A stretch of 62,781 nucleotides of DNA, counting the filler. It is 12 parts of 12 records of this genome, joined end to end, with 100 filler letters (N's around TTAATTAATTAA, not from the genome) between each part and the next. Parts side by side here need not be neighbours in the genome. Positions count along the whole stretch, not along the records: positions 39,973 to 49,195 come from SRR7504441_4765; positions 49,296 to 52,821 come from SRR7504441_4766; positions 52,922 to 57,468 come from SRR7504441_4768; 9 more parts are not named here. One strand, written 5' to 3'. Shown piece after piece: positions 47,696 through 57,568 of this stretch; the first letter of the stretch is position 1; each line of letters opens with the position of its first letter. The position numbers were made by a program, and so were the translations under genes. The notes beneath the pieces were generated by a model, which saw only the letters and a program-made list of their open reading frames with translations, was not told where the DNA came from and searched no databases.

Positions 47696-49195
47696 CTACG
47701 GCGCCACTCCCAGCCGCAGCTTGAGCAGCTCAAGCTCCTCGGTCTGCTCTGCGATCTCCTGGGCCAGGCTTGCGTTGCTCTCGGTTAGCTGGCCTGCCTC
47801 GCTCTGCGTTGTCACGATCTTATGATCGAGTGAGAGTAACTGCTGCCGGATGTGGTCACACTCGGAGAGCACCGCCGCCCGGTCCCCGGCCAGGCTCGAG
47901 TCCATCACTTGCTCGAGCGATGCCATGTCCTCGAAGAAATGCTCGAAATGTTCCTCCAGCTCTAACCAAGTTCTCTCAACAGCTCTACTCAGCTCGCCAT
48001 CCATCTGAGACTCAGCCTCGACCAGCTGCCCGGCCCGCTCCATGATTGCATCGTCTGCCGAGCCGATCCCGGCCTGCAGCTGCGCCATTGCCACGATCGG
48101 CGCCAGCTGCTGCTCAGCCACCACTACTGGATCTTCCGGGACCGCTGGTCGCTTCTGCTGCACCATCAGAGCACTCACTACCGCTGGCCAGAGAACAGTC
48201 TCCTCGTAAGCCTCGAGGCGCGAGACTAGCTCGTCCAGCTGGCAACCCAGCTGGTCCAAGGCGTCCAGCCCGCGCCGCCCGATCTGTGCGGTGATCTCCT
48301 TCTCGTCAACCAGCCTCGCCTGCAGCACCTGGCACAGAGCTCAGCTCAGCCAGCACGTCGCTCTCACCTCTGCCTCGCGCTGGGCAGCCTCCCGGCGCTG
48401 GGCCAGCTCGTCCGATTTGAGCGCCGCTACCGCCCGCATCCTGTGCGCTTCGTCGATTAGACCCTCGAGGGCAGCGACCCAGCCCTGCTTCTGCTCGTGA
48501 GATGGAGCTATCAGCGGCAAGCTCGTGCTGCCATCAGTTACAATGAAAGCGTTCCCCTGGCCGATCGCACGGGTCTGCACCCCGGTGCTCGCCACCCGGG
48601 CTTCGGTCTGCAGGGCTGCTTGGTGCAAGTCAAGCCGGTGCTTCAACTCAAACCCAACCGACGACCCTCGCGCGAACCCCATCAACGAGCCTCTGGTGAG
48701 CACAAAGTACCAGGAACTGCCGTCCTCCGCCGCGGGCGAGTGCAACAGTCCGTGCTGCAGCAGCGGGCCGGCCGGCAGGCTCCGGCCGAGGCAGTCTTGT
48801 ACCAGCCTGTGCCGGGCCTGCTGCTGACAAGAGCGCCTGCCTTCTCTAATCGTACGGACAGCACCCTGGATCGCAACCACCGACTGGGCCAGTCCGAAAT
48901 ACTCCTCCTCGCCGGGGTCTAGCCCGCACACTAGCAGCAGCTGCTGGAGCATCCGACTGTACCACTCCAGTCTGTTTAGTGGACTTGCCAACAGGTCAAA
49001 AATACTCGGCCAGCACACACCCGCCACGCCCTCCAGCCGCCGCACGCGCGCACGCAGCTCCGGGTTGGTTTCGAGCAGCCGATCCAGCCGGGCGGTCGAT
49101 CCTGGGTGCTGCGCGGCGTACTCTGTGTAGAGCCCGAGCCTAGGGGCAAGCTGATGAGAGAATAAATCGTCCACTCGCATCTGCAGCCAGCGAGT
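47696..49195 (-). CDS. DH-PH RhoGEF-like protein with a coiled-coil tail; 5' truncated
   Basis: LYTEYAAQH..LLASPLNRLEWYSRMLQQLL (DH) and WYFVL..APSHEQKQGWVAAL (PH). Confidence 0.8.
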
Positions 49196-49295
49196 NNNNN
49201 NNNNNNNNNNNNNNNNNNNNNNNNNNNNNNNNNNNNNNNTTAATTAATTAANNNNNNNNNNNNNNNNNNNNNNNNNNNNNNNNNNNNNNNNNNNN
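49196..49295. other. Artificial contig spacer
   Basis: N44-TTAATTAATTAA-N44. Confidence 0.98.
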
Positions 49296-49520
49296 AGGGT
49301 GGATTCCACGTCTTGAGTCCAGGTTGTACGTTTTTCTTTGGGGTGGACTCCAGGGTGCCGCGGACGGCAAGGGTGGACTCGGCTGAGGTGGGCGCGTTCG
49401 GCCGCACAGGCGGCCGGGGACGGCGCGGGGCGAGGGTCCGGGCAGGTATGAGCAAGCGCGCACGAAGACCTCCGGCGAAATTCGCCCAGGAAGACCCAAA
49501 GGGTGGATCCCCTCCACCCT
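49296..49520. repeat. GGGTGGA-motif cluster with inverted ends (possible transposon end or MITE)
   Basis: GGGTGGA at 49297, 49341, 49371 and 49501, and an inverted TCCACCCT at 49513-49520. Confidence 0.5.
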
Positions 49521-50140
49521 ATCGGAACGGGACAGATCATCTGTTCAGTGCACGAGTATGCGTCGTCACCAATCAGGAAGTACCGGAAAGGCATCTCTCC
49601 CTCCTTGATCCGCCTGGCACAAAATCAGCTCAGCAATACAATACACAAAGCACACACTTGTAGAGCTCCGTGATGCACCAGGATCGCGCAGATGGTGCAG
49701 TGGACCGCTCTCCAGAAGGACGACTCCGACACGCCGTGGCAAAGCATGATGTCCAGATAGTTGCCACCTGTCCGCACGGTCAGCCGATTCCGGAGCCGGC
49801 CGGGCGGGGGTTTGGAAAGCGGCCTGCTCCATCGGCCCGGTCGAGAGCACACTGCCGCTCGTGCCACAGGCCCGGGCAGCACCACCGGCTCCGGCCATAG
49901 CCGCTACGGGGTGCGGGCAGGCAGCTACCGGCCAGCCAACGCAAGGTGCAGGCGAACTCGAGCTCGCTGCTCACCGCCTCCTCCGCTCCGTTATCCGGCT
50001 GCAGCTTCGCCATGTGCGGCTTGATCCGGCGCAGCGGTCAAGAAGCTCCCTTCGGCCAAAGCCAGCATCACCAGGTCGTCCTCATCGTCTACATCGCCTC
50101 GATCACGGCCGACTCCAGGGCGCTCAGCAGTCCACACCAT
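49521..50140 (-). mobile_element. Internally deleted PIF/Harbinger (DDE_Tnp_4-like) transposase remnant with introns
   Basis: SELEFACTLRWLAG|GNYLDIMLCHGVSESSFWRAV (HTH region) and TELYK|RIKEGEMPFRYFLIGDDAYSCTEQMICP. The first catalytic Asp region and the C-terminus are absent. Confidence 0.75.
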
Positions 50141-50272
50141 GGAGACGAATTCGATTTGATGAACTCTGGAGTCCAGGGTTCTCCAACGTGGACCGTGGAG
50201 GCAACTCTCATAGACACAATTTTGCGTGCAGCCGTTTAGTAACGGAAAAATTGGCTGGAGCCTGGAGAGGGC

Positions 50273-51688
50273 ATGTCTGAGGAAGCAGTTGTCCGGCCCG
50301 GTGTGCATGACGAGCCGCCGCGGCCGGCCGTTGGGCGGCTGCGGCTGTACGGCACTGCGGCTGGCTATGGCCTGCTGCTGCTGCTGCTGATCGCGGGCTG
50401 CAACGCCGGGCTGGCCCTCCCGCTGGCCGGGCTCACCCTGCTGCTGCTCGCCGGCGCGCTGGTCGGGCTGCTCTGCCGGCCAGCCGAGCCCAGCCGCCAG
50501 TTGGAGTCACTGCCGCAGACCGACGTCCAGCCGGCGGTCCGTGAGGCCTGGCTCGACAACCTCAAGGCCGGGCTGACGCTGCTGGTGATTGTGCACCACT
50601 CCACCTGCGCGGTGGTGGGCACAGGCTGGTACGTCACACTGGGCAACTACCGGTGGCCGTTCCAGCCGGTCGGCAGGTGGTTCCTAACAGTTAACCAGAG
50701 CTATTTCATGGCTTTATTCTTCTTCCTCTCTGGGCTAGTCACGCCGGGGTCGTTCGACCGCAAGGGCGCTCGCAGGTTCCTGCGGGACAAATATAAGCGA
50801 CTGGCGGTCCCAATGTTATGCTACACGCTCATACTCGGGCCGGGGATCCAGCTCTTTATCAGCGCTGCACTCACTGGGACAGAATTCCGTTACTTGCCAG
50901 ACGCAGGGCCCACATGGTATCTGATATGGCTGCTCATCTTCAGCACAGCGTACGCACTCTTCCCCGGCGAGCCGCTGGCCAACCAGACACTGCCTGGATG
51001 GCCTGCCCTGGCCGCCATGGGTAGCTTGCTCGGGCTGGCACAGTTCACGCAGATCGCGTTCGCCCCGGCGTTTATTTTCATGCCGATTACAGTAGGCTCA
51101 CTGCCATTTGACTCGGCCTTTTTTGTGGCTGGAGTGCTCACATACCGGCACGGCTGGCTCGACTCGGTGAGCTGTCCGCCCGGCGCGGGGGCGGCAGTGG
51201 CCGGCACTGTATCGGGGCTGCTGTGCTTTTACGTTGGGTTGTACTTGCTTGATGGGCCTAGCATGTCTGTCCAGCCCAGCAACGAGTGCGGGGAGCCGCC
51301 CGAGGAGCGGCCGGGCGGATCGGTCGAGGCGGTCGGCTGGCTGTTGCTTGTGACCTGGCTGGGCGTATTCGCGGTGAGCGCGAGCCTGGCGTTGCTCGAT
51401 TGTTTCAAGACGCACTGCAACCGGCATGCATGGGAGCCCTTCGTCAGCAACGCGTTTGCAGCCTATTTGGTGCATCCGCTCCCCGTTGTGCTGGCCACGT
51501 GGCTGTTCGTGCGGCTCGCTGGCCTCGAGGTGGAGTTTAATCCTGAATTTGGGCCAAATTCGGTGAGTTGCATCAAGGGCTGGGTGCTGGTGGCCGGCTG
51601 GCTGGTGGTGTGTGCTGGGGGCATCCTGGGCGCCTTTGCGATATCGGCCGGGCTGAGGAGGATCCCCGGTGTTCGGCAGTTCCTGTGA
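50273..51688 (+). CDS. Acyltransferase-3 (OpgC-like) membrane O-acyltransferase
   Basis: REAWLDNLK..LVIVHH, YFMALFFFLSG, RFLRDKYKRLAVP, GPTWYL and AFAAYLVH; intronless. Confidence 0.88.
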   Translation: MSEEAVVRPGVHDEPPRPAVGRLRLYGTAAGYGLLLLLLIAGCNAGLALPLAGLTLLLLAGALVGLLCRPAEPSRQLESLPQTDVQPAVREAWLDNLKAGLTLLVIVHHSTCAVVGTGWYVTLGNYRWPFQPVGRWFLTVNQSYFMALFFFLSGLVTPGSFDRKGARRFLRDKYKRLAVPMLCYTLILGPGIQLFISAALTGTEFRYLPDAGPTWYLIWLLIFSTAYALFPGEPLANQTLPGWPALAAMGSLLGLAQFTQIAFAPAFIFMPITVGSLPFDSAFFVAGVLTYRHGWLDSVSCPPGAGAAVAGTVSGLLCFYVGLYLLDGPSMSVQPSNECGEPPEERPGGSVEAVGWLLLVTWLGVFAVSASLALLDCFKTHCNRHAWEPFVSNAFAAYLVHPLPVVLATWLFVRLAGLEVEFNPEFGPNSVSCIKGWVLVAGWLVVCAGGILGAFAISAGLRRIPGVRQFL

Positions 51689-52243
51689 TGCAATCATTCA
51701 TCTCCTGTTGGGACCGGTTTACAAGTACTAATTAATGTTGCGAGTATAGTGGGACTCTGCGGGAGCCTATCTAGCGGAGCCTAGCTATATTTCGCAGACG
51801 GCTAGACGATGACAGCTCGACACGCTTCGACAATCGACACGCCTTTAATTACTAGGACTTCAACACTTCTGGATAGTTGGAAATGCATTAAAAGTGTCGG
51901 CATGCGTACTTTAAATGAGTAAATCGATGATATTTTACACTTCGCGAGCCTGCTGAGTGCCTCTAAGCACTTGGGCCTCGAGGGTTCGCTAGAGGGTTCG
52001 CCATTGAGCCTAGAGTCTACTTAATTACTATGTAACATTACAATGAGCCTGTCAGCACGGTCAACCATCGTTTGGTTCGCCTCGTGTCAGACCGAGTGGA
52101 CATCTCAACCCAGACGAGAAGGTTGATGGCCAACTGTTGGGATTGTCTAGTTTCCTGATTCATACTGTACGTTAATTAACCGTACGTTAACCGTACGTAG
52201 TGCGCCCCACGTGTTTGTCAGCCGTGGGCTTGCGCCGGCGGGC

Positions 52244-52819
52244 CTAGGCGTGTCGGTCGGCCACAAAGCTGGCCCAGCTGTCCGGTTTTAGCCGGGCCTC
52301 ATACCCCATCCCGGTTATGTATCCTCTCAACATGGGAGACGCCCCGTAGCTCGCGCTGGCCGGGTTGGTGGCCGAGTCGCAGTGCACGGCTATCCCAGAG
52401 GCCTCCGCCGGTCCGAGCTCGAGCTCGTGCCTGAGCAGCTCGGCGATTTCGACCGACAAACACACCTCGTGCAGCAGCCGAGTCTGGAGCACTGCATACT
52501 GCCGCTTGTTTTCGGTGCACCGGCGGTACCAGTACAGCGCTCCCCGGCCGGGCCGGTAGAGCGCCACCACCGACGAAAAGCTGACTCTCTCCCCGCGCGA
52601 CTGCGAGTCTGAGCCCACGTGGATCTCGTAATTGTGCTGCGGATTCGCCCGCCGAATCTCCTGGAGCCGTTGAACGAGCCGGTCGGTGGTGAGCAACTCC
52701 GTGCTGGGCGAGCACCACAGCGGACCGGATGCCCCGCTCGCCGCAGGCTCCCGCCGCAACCACCGCCGGCCCAGCGACCCCAGCGGCTGCCGGCACGCAG
52801 CGGCCCGTCTGGCCAACAT
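52244..52819 (-). CDS. RNase H-like YkuK/DUF458 family protein with a putative mitochondrial presequence
   Basis: IHVGSDSQ, YRPGRGA, RLLHEVCLS, VHCD, GYITGMGY and KPDSWASFVADRH; Arg-rich, acid-free N-terminus. Confidence 0.82.
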   Translation of the reverse strand: MLARRAAACRQPLGSLGRRWLRREPAASGASGPLWCSPSTELLTTDRLVQRLQEIRRANPQHNYEIHVGSDSQSRGERVSFSSVVALYRPGRGALYWYRRCTENKRQYAVLQTRLLHEVCLSVEIAELLRHELELGPAEASGIAVHCDSATNPASASYGASPMLRGYITGMGYEARLKPDSWASFVADRHA

Positions 52820-52821
52820 CC

Positions 52822-52921
52822 NNNNNNNNNNNNNNNNNNNNNNNNNNNNNNNNNNNNNNNNNNNNTTAATTAATTAANNNNNNNNNNNNNNNNNNNNNNN
52901 NNNNNNNNNNNNNNNNNNNNN
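52822..52921. other. Artificial contig spacer
   Basis: N44-TTAATTAATTAA-N44. Confidence 0.98.
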
Positions 52922-53010
52922 GTAACCATGCCCGGCTTGAATTATGGATGCTATTCTAAAGAACCCGATTTTACTCACGTACGTGTTGCAATTGACGCAC
53001 GTCGACGTGA

Positions 53011-56000
53011 TTAGACTTCTTCCTCTAGCAGGACAATCCCGACATCAGCAGTTTCAGAAGACTCCACTTCCTCATCAGCAGCTGCAGCCGCATCAACCTC
53101 CTCGCTAACCTCAACAGCCGCTGCAGCTATCTCAACCTCCTCGCTGCACTCCTCAGCCGCCACCGCTTCGACAGGATTGCTGCCCTCAGCAGCTGATCCC
53201 ACTTCCTCTATTGGAATTGCATCGCTGCCTTCAAATGCTGCCCAGTCTGTGTCCGCATCCCAATTTGTTTGGTTCCCGACTCGATAGATCTCGTCCAGCT
53301 TCTTATTGAAGGCCTCTGGGTCATCTTGGCTCTGCAATTCTTTATACACGAGATACAAGTGCAACGCTGCCTTGGAATCTTCGATACTGTCGTGCGTGTC
53401 CACCTGCAAGCAACCCCAGCACCCTCAGCACACAATTTATACTAGCGACGCTTACTTGGAAATCTTTGAACTGTTCGCCCCTCAGCAAGTATGAGATCAT
53501 GAACCGGAGCCCGATCCGGCGCTGGCCGCGCTTCCAGAATAGGTCGAGTGTGTCGATCACTTGGCTTGGTGGCACTAGGATGTTGATGATCCGGAAATCA
53601 TTCTTCAGCCCGTGCCCAATGAAGATCACGCCCTTGCTCACCATGTACGCCAGCTTCTTGTAAACCGACTTGAGAGGCAGCAAGTGGTGCCGCGACAGCC
53701 CAGGGTCAAGATCACCAGGCTTCAAGCCAGAGAAACGCGTCAGATAATCTTCTACATGCTCTCGCGTAGCGATGTAGTCATCGATCAACGGTACCCCAAG
53801 CATCGGGCCCTCAGCCCGCACCACCGAGACCCGCCCGAGTGCATACGAAGCTTGGCGGCTCACTTGCTGCGACCCGTCGGTCCGGATCTCTACCTCGGCG
53901 CTCTTGATTTGGACAAACTCTGCATCCAACGCCACCAGCGAGCCCGCCTCAAGGACTTCCCCACTCTGAAGAGGAACAAACCGCACAGGGAGTGGGTTGG
54001 CATTGGCGATGCTTCGTGATACACCAGCTGCAAGGATATTCTTCAGTTGTGGCTGTGTGGGCACTGTATCTGTGTTGGCTATCTCAGGCCTCGCGTACAC
54101 CAGGATGCAGGGAGTTTTCCAACTGGCGGTGAAGTCGAGCGCTTCCTGCTCTGAAGTCACAGTCACCCGGAAGTCGTTGAACACATACCATTGCACTGAG
54201 CTCTCCGAGCTAGCCTCTCCAGGCGCTGCCTGCTGTTCCAGATACCCTGGGGAAACACGAACAATCGCCACAAAATGGTCCTTCCGAGCGCCCTTCTTCC
54301 GCTGATCAGTGATGCGTGCAATCACAGCCGTCAGCACATACCGTTCGTGCTCCTCCGGGTTTTCGGGATCTTCTGAGACTTTGACCGTCTGCTCGTCTTT
54401 GTCCACTTGCAGCGAGAACTCCCTCCGAAGCCAGGTGGGCGACGACCGCCACATCTGGAGCTTGGCGTCCTGATCAGACCCGGACAGGTCGCACTTGAAC
54501 ACCAGCGCCGGTGGGATGAGCGTGAGCACAGAGGACGAATGGAACAGGTTGGACCGCTTGCACGCGGAGCACTTCATCCGGAATTTCCGGGCCTTGCACA
54601 GCGTCTGGGTCATGATCTCACAGAATGAGCTGTCCGCAGTGGCGTCCTCATACTTCATGCAAAATGAAGTCTCGTTCGAAGCCTGCTCCTTGGTGGACAG
54701 GCAGCCCTCGCACCGCATGTAAGATACCATCTTGGAGGTGAAAAGGTCGGACACAGTTGACTTGGCCCCGGTCTTCTCGTGACTGTCCAGGCTTTCTTTC
54801 TGCAGCTGTGAGAGGAAGAAGTCACAGAATCGTTCTACACGCTGGAAGTAGGGCACATTGGTCGAGACCTTCTGCCCACTGACCGTATCAAGCAGGCACA
54901 ATTGCTCGGCTGTGGGGTTGTGCCGAAGAGCACGCAGGAAGTTGCTAGCGTGGCAGGTCAGCCCTTTTGATGTGTCAAGCATCCTGAACAAGAACCCCAG
55001 CTCTGAGGTGAGCGAATGCTGCTTGTCGTCATCATGCGCCATAATGGACAGCCGCACAGGCGCCAGGAAGTACAGTGTCTGGATCCACGGATTGGCATAG
55101 TCGTTCGGGAGCCCGTTCTCGAGCCCACCAAAGCATGTGCTGTTGTAAGCCTGGAAGTCAAACTCGCCCGCATAGCCCTTGGCCCCGGGCGCCATCTTGG
55201 GCAGCTTGACTTGCACCCGCCTGTACAATGAATCGACCGGGTTTTTATCGTCCTGAGGCGACATCTCCGGCATCCGCGCACCCTTGCCCTTGCGGTGCAT
55301 CGGGCTGTCAGCTTTCATCGGTGTTCTGAGTACCTTGGCCATGGTTTGAGTATTCGGCTTGAGTTTGATAAAGTTGCTCATGTGCCATACCGCGCCCCTG
55401 TTCTGCATGGCGTGTTTCCACTCGGGCCGCACCCTGAACGGGCCATGCCTGAAGAACTTTCGGGCCAGCTTGGACGAGCCCACCCAGGAGGACGCAAGCT
55501 TATCCGGCCCAGCCATTGAAGGCAGCACCGTCCCGGCGGCGGCCAGCGGCGAATCCTCTCCGAATCGAAACCCTGGCGGCTCTGGGTACCTGGGCACTCT
55601 GTGGAACTGGGTTGGGCTGCGATGGACGGTGTACTCGGGCTTATCGGCCCACAAGTGCACGCAGCTGGCAGTATCCCCAAAGCAGATGACCTCTCCCGAG
55701 GGCGAGACCTGGAGGGAGGTGAGCAGCTCGCCACAGGTGTCCACTTGGAACCAGGCGGCCGACGAGAAGTCGCCGAGCACTTCCATAATTGAGAACTGCC
55801 CGTTGGCGGCTGCGACCACCAGAGAGCCGGTGTATGTCGGGTGGAACTGGACCAGCTGGGGCCCGGCCACGAACGGCACCTTGGCCACCGGGGCCATGCT
55901 CCGCCGCAAGTCAAAGATGTTGACCATCGTGTCCGGGTTGTATCGGCCATGCCGGAGCGACGCGCCGCAGGTGGCAACAAGCCCATCCTTGCAGTCTAGA

Positions 56001-57400
56001 GAGGTCACCCCGCCGGTGTGGGTCGCCTGGACGGTGGTCTGCACCGCGAGCGAGCGGGTGTCCCTGATGCACACTTGGCCCGTATCACTCCCGCACACGA
56101 GCGCCCGGCCCTCCATGCTCAGGCAGCTCACCCCGTTCTCGCACTCCATGGACGAAACTGGCGAGCCGCGCCGAATGTCGAAGTTCACAATGCTGCTCTG
56201 CTGCCCGAGCGCCAGATGGCTCGCCCCGTGGCCCGAGTGCGGATTGTTGAGCACAGTCGCGCACCGGACGTGGTTTATGCACTCGTGCGCCACAGCACTC
56301 TGGTAGAGCCCATTTCTGGCCATCACATGCAGTCCAGTGGGGCACACCAGCACCACCTTGTCGGTCTGGTGGACCACTTGCACGATCGCCCCGGGCGGCT
56401 CGCCATGCTCGTCGTAAGGCAGCCCGCGGGATACGTACCGATCCATGTCATCGGCAGTGAAGCATGTTGCGCGCGCCTGGCCTGTGCCGGCCCAGACCAT
56501 TTCCGTGCTCAGGTCGAAACTGAGTGCCGAGACTGGGTCGTTACGCGGCTGGTCCTCGCGCTTCCAGCACGACTGACTGTGCATCCCGGACCAGCCTTGC
56601 ATCCCCATCTCTTGGTAGCCCTCCTGCCCGTACGCTTGCTGGTCGTAGTAAGCCTCCCCAGCCATCGTCTCTTCACCCTGATAGTGGCCCGCCCCATCAG
56701 CCTGGCCATCATAGTACCCGCCCTCCTCGTACTCCTCTTGAAATCCGGCCTCCGGCACAAACTCTTCAGCGTCCTGCCCGTCCGGTAGTGTCGCGTCCTG
56801 CCCGTCGCCGCCATGAGGCACAAAAACTGCCGCGTCCGCGTTGGGCAGAGCGGACATCTCCACGTGCTCCACCAGCTCCACGGCTTGCGGCACGAACGCC
56901 GGCGCCCCGGCGTCGGGCAGCCCGGCGGACTCTGCGGGCTGCTCGGGCGGCGCGGTCGCCCCCTGAGGGACGAACGCCGGCGCTGCCGCGTTCGGTAGAC
57001 CGCCGGGCTCGGCCTGGACTGCGCTCTGCGGGACAAACGCCGGCGCCGCCGCGTTGGGCAGCGCGCTCGTCTCGGCCGCTACCGGGCCGCCTGCGGTCTG
57101 CGGCACGAAAACCGGGGCAGAGGCGTTGGGCAGGGCGGACATCTCGACGTGCTCGACCAGATCGCCGGGTTGGGCCTGCGGGACAAACGCCGGCGCCCCG
57201 GCGTTGGGCAGGGCGGACATTTCCACGTGCTCGACCAGCTCGACGGCCTGCGGCACGAACGGCGGCGCCCCGGCGTCGGGCAGCCCCGCCGGGACGAAGC
57301 TGGGCGCCGCAGCATTGGGGAGGCTACCGCCCTCCGGCACACTCGCCTGGGCGGCTTGCGGCACAAACGCCGGGGCCGCCGCGTTGGGTGGCGTTGACAT
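53011..57400 (-). CDS. PAN2: PAN2 deadenylase catalytic subunit
   Basis: WD40 region, pseudo-UCH (FDFQAYNSTCFGGLEN; WYVFNDF; WKTPCILVY) and DEDDh nuclease (ALDAEFV, DYLTRFSG, GHGLKNDF, HDSIED after intron 53404-53455). Confidence 0.95.
56750..57400 (-). repeat. Coding repeat array: ten PAM2-like motifs in the PAN2 N-terminus
   Basis: (L)P[ND]AxAPxFVP nine times plus LPDGQDAEEFVP; linker LVEHVEMSA three times. Confidence 0.85.
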
Positions 57401-57468
57401 GGCTCCTTGCACTCCTTGTGGTCAGCCCGACATCCCTCGGGCCTCGGCTCTCAAAAATTTCCGTTAAA

Positions 57469-57568
57469 NNNNNNNNNNNNNNNNNNNNNNNNNNNNNNNN
57501 NNNNNNNNNNNNTTAATTAATTAANNNNNNNNNNNNNNNNNNNNNNNNNNNNNNNNNNNNNNNNNNNN
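57469..57568. other. Artificial contig spacer
   Basis: N44-TTAATTAATTAA-N44. Confidence 0.98.

Noticed and set aside
56750-57400. Interspaced DNA repeats as a CRISPR array
   Set aside because: The repeats are in frame, vary at synonymous positions and have irregular spacing, with no cas genes; they form a coding peptide repeat.
55359-57468. Long plus-strand ORFs (55359-56306, 56524-57516; likewise 8895-9686 and 38978-39920)
   Set aside because: They are shadow ORFs opposite well-supported genes in GC-rich DNA and have no recognisable motifs.
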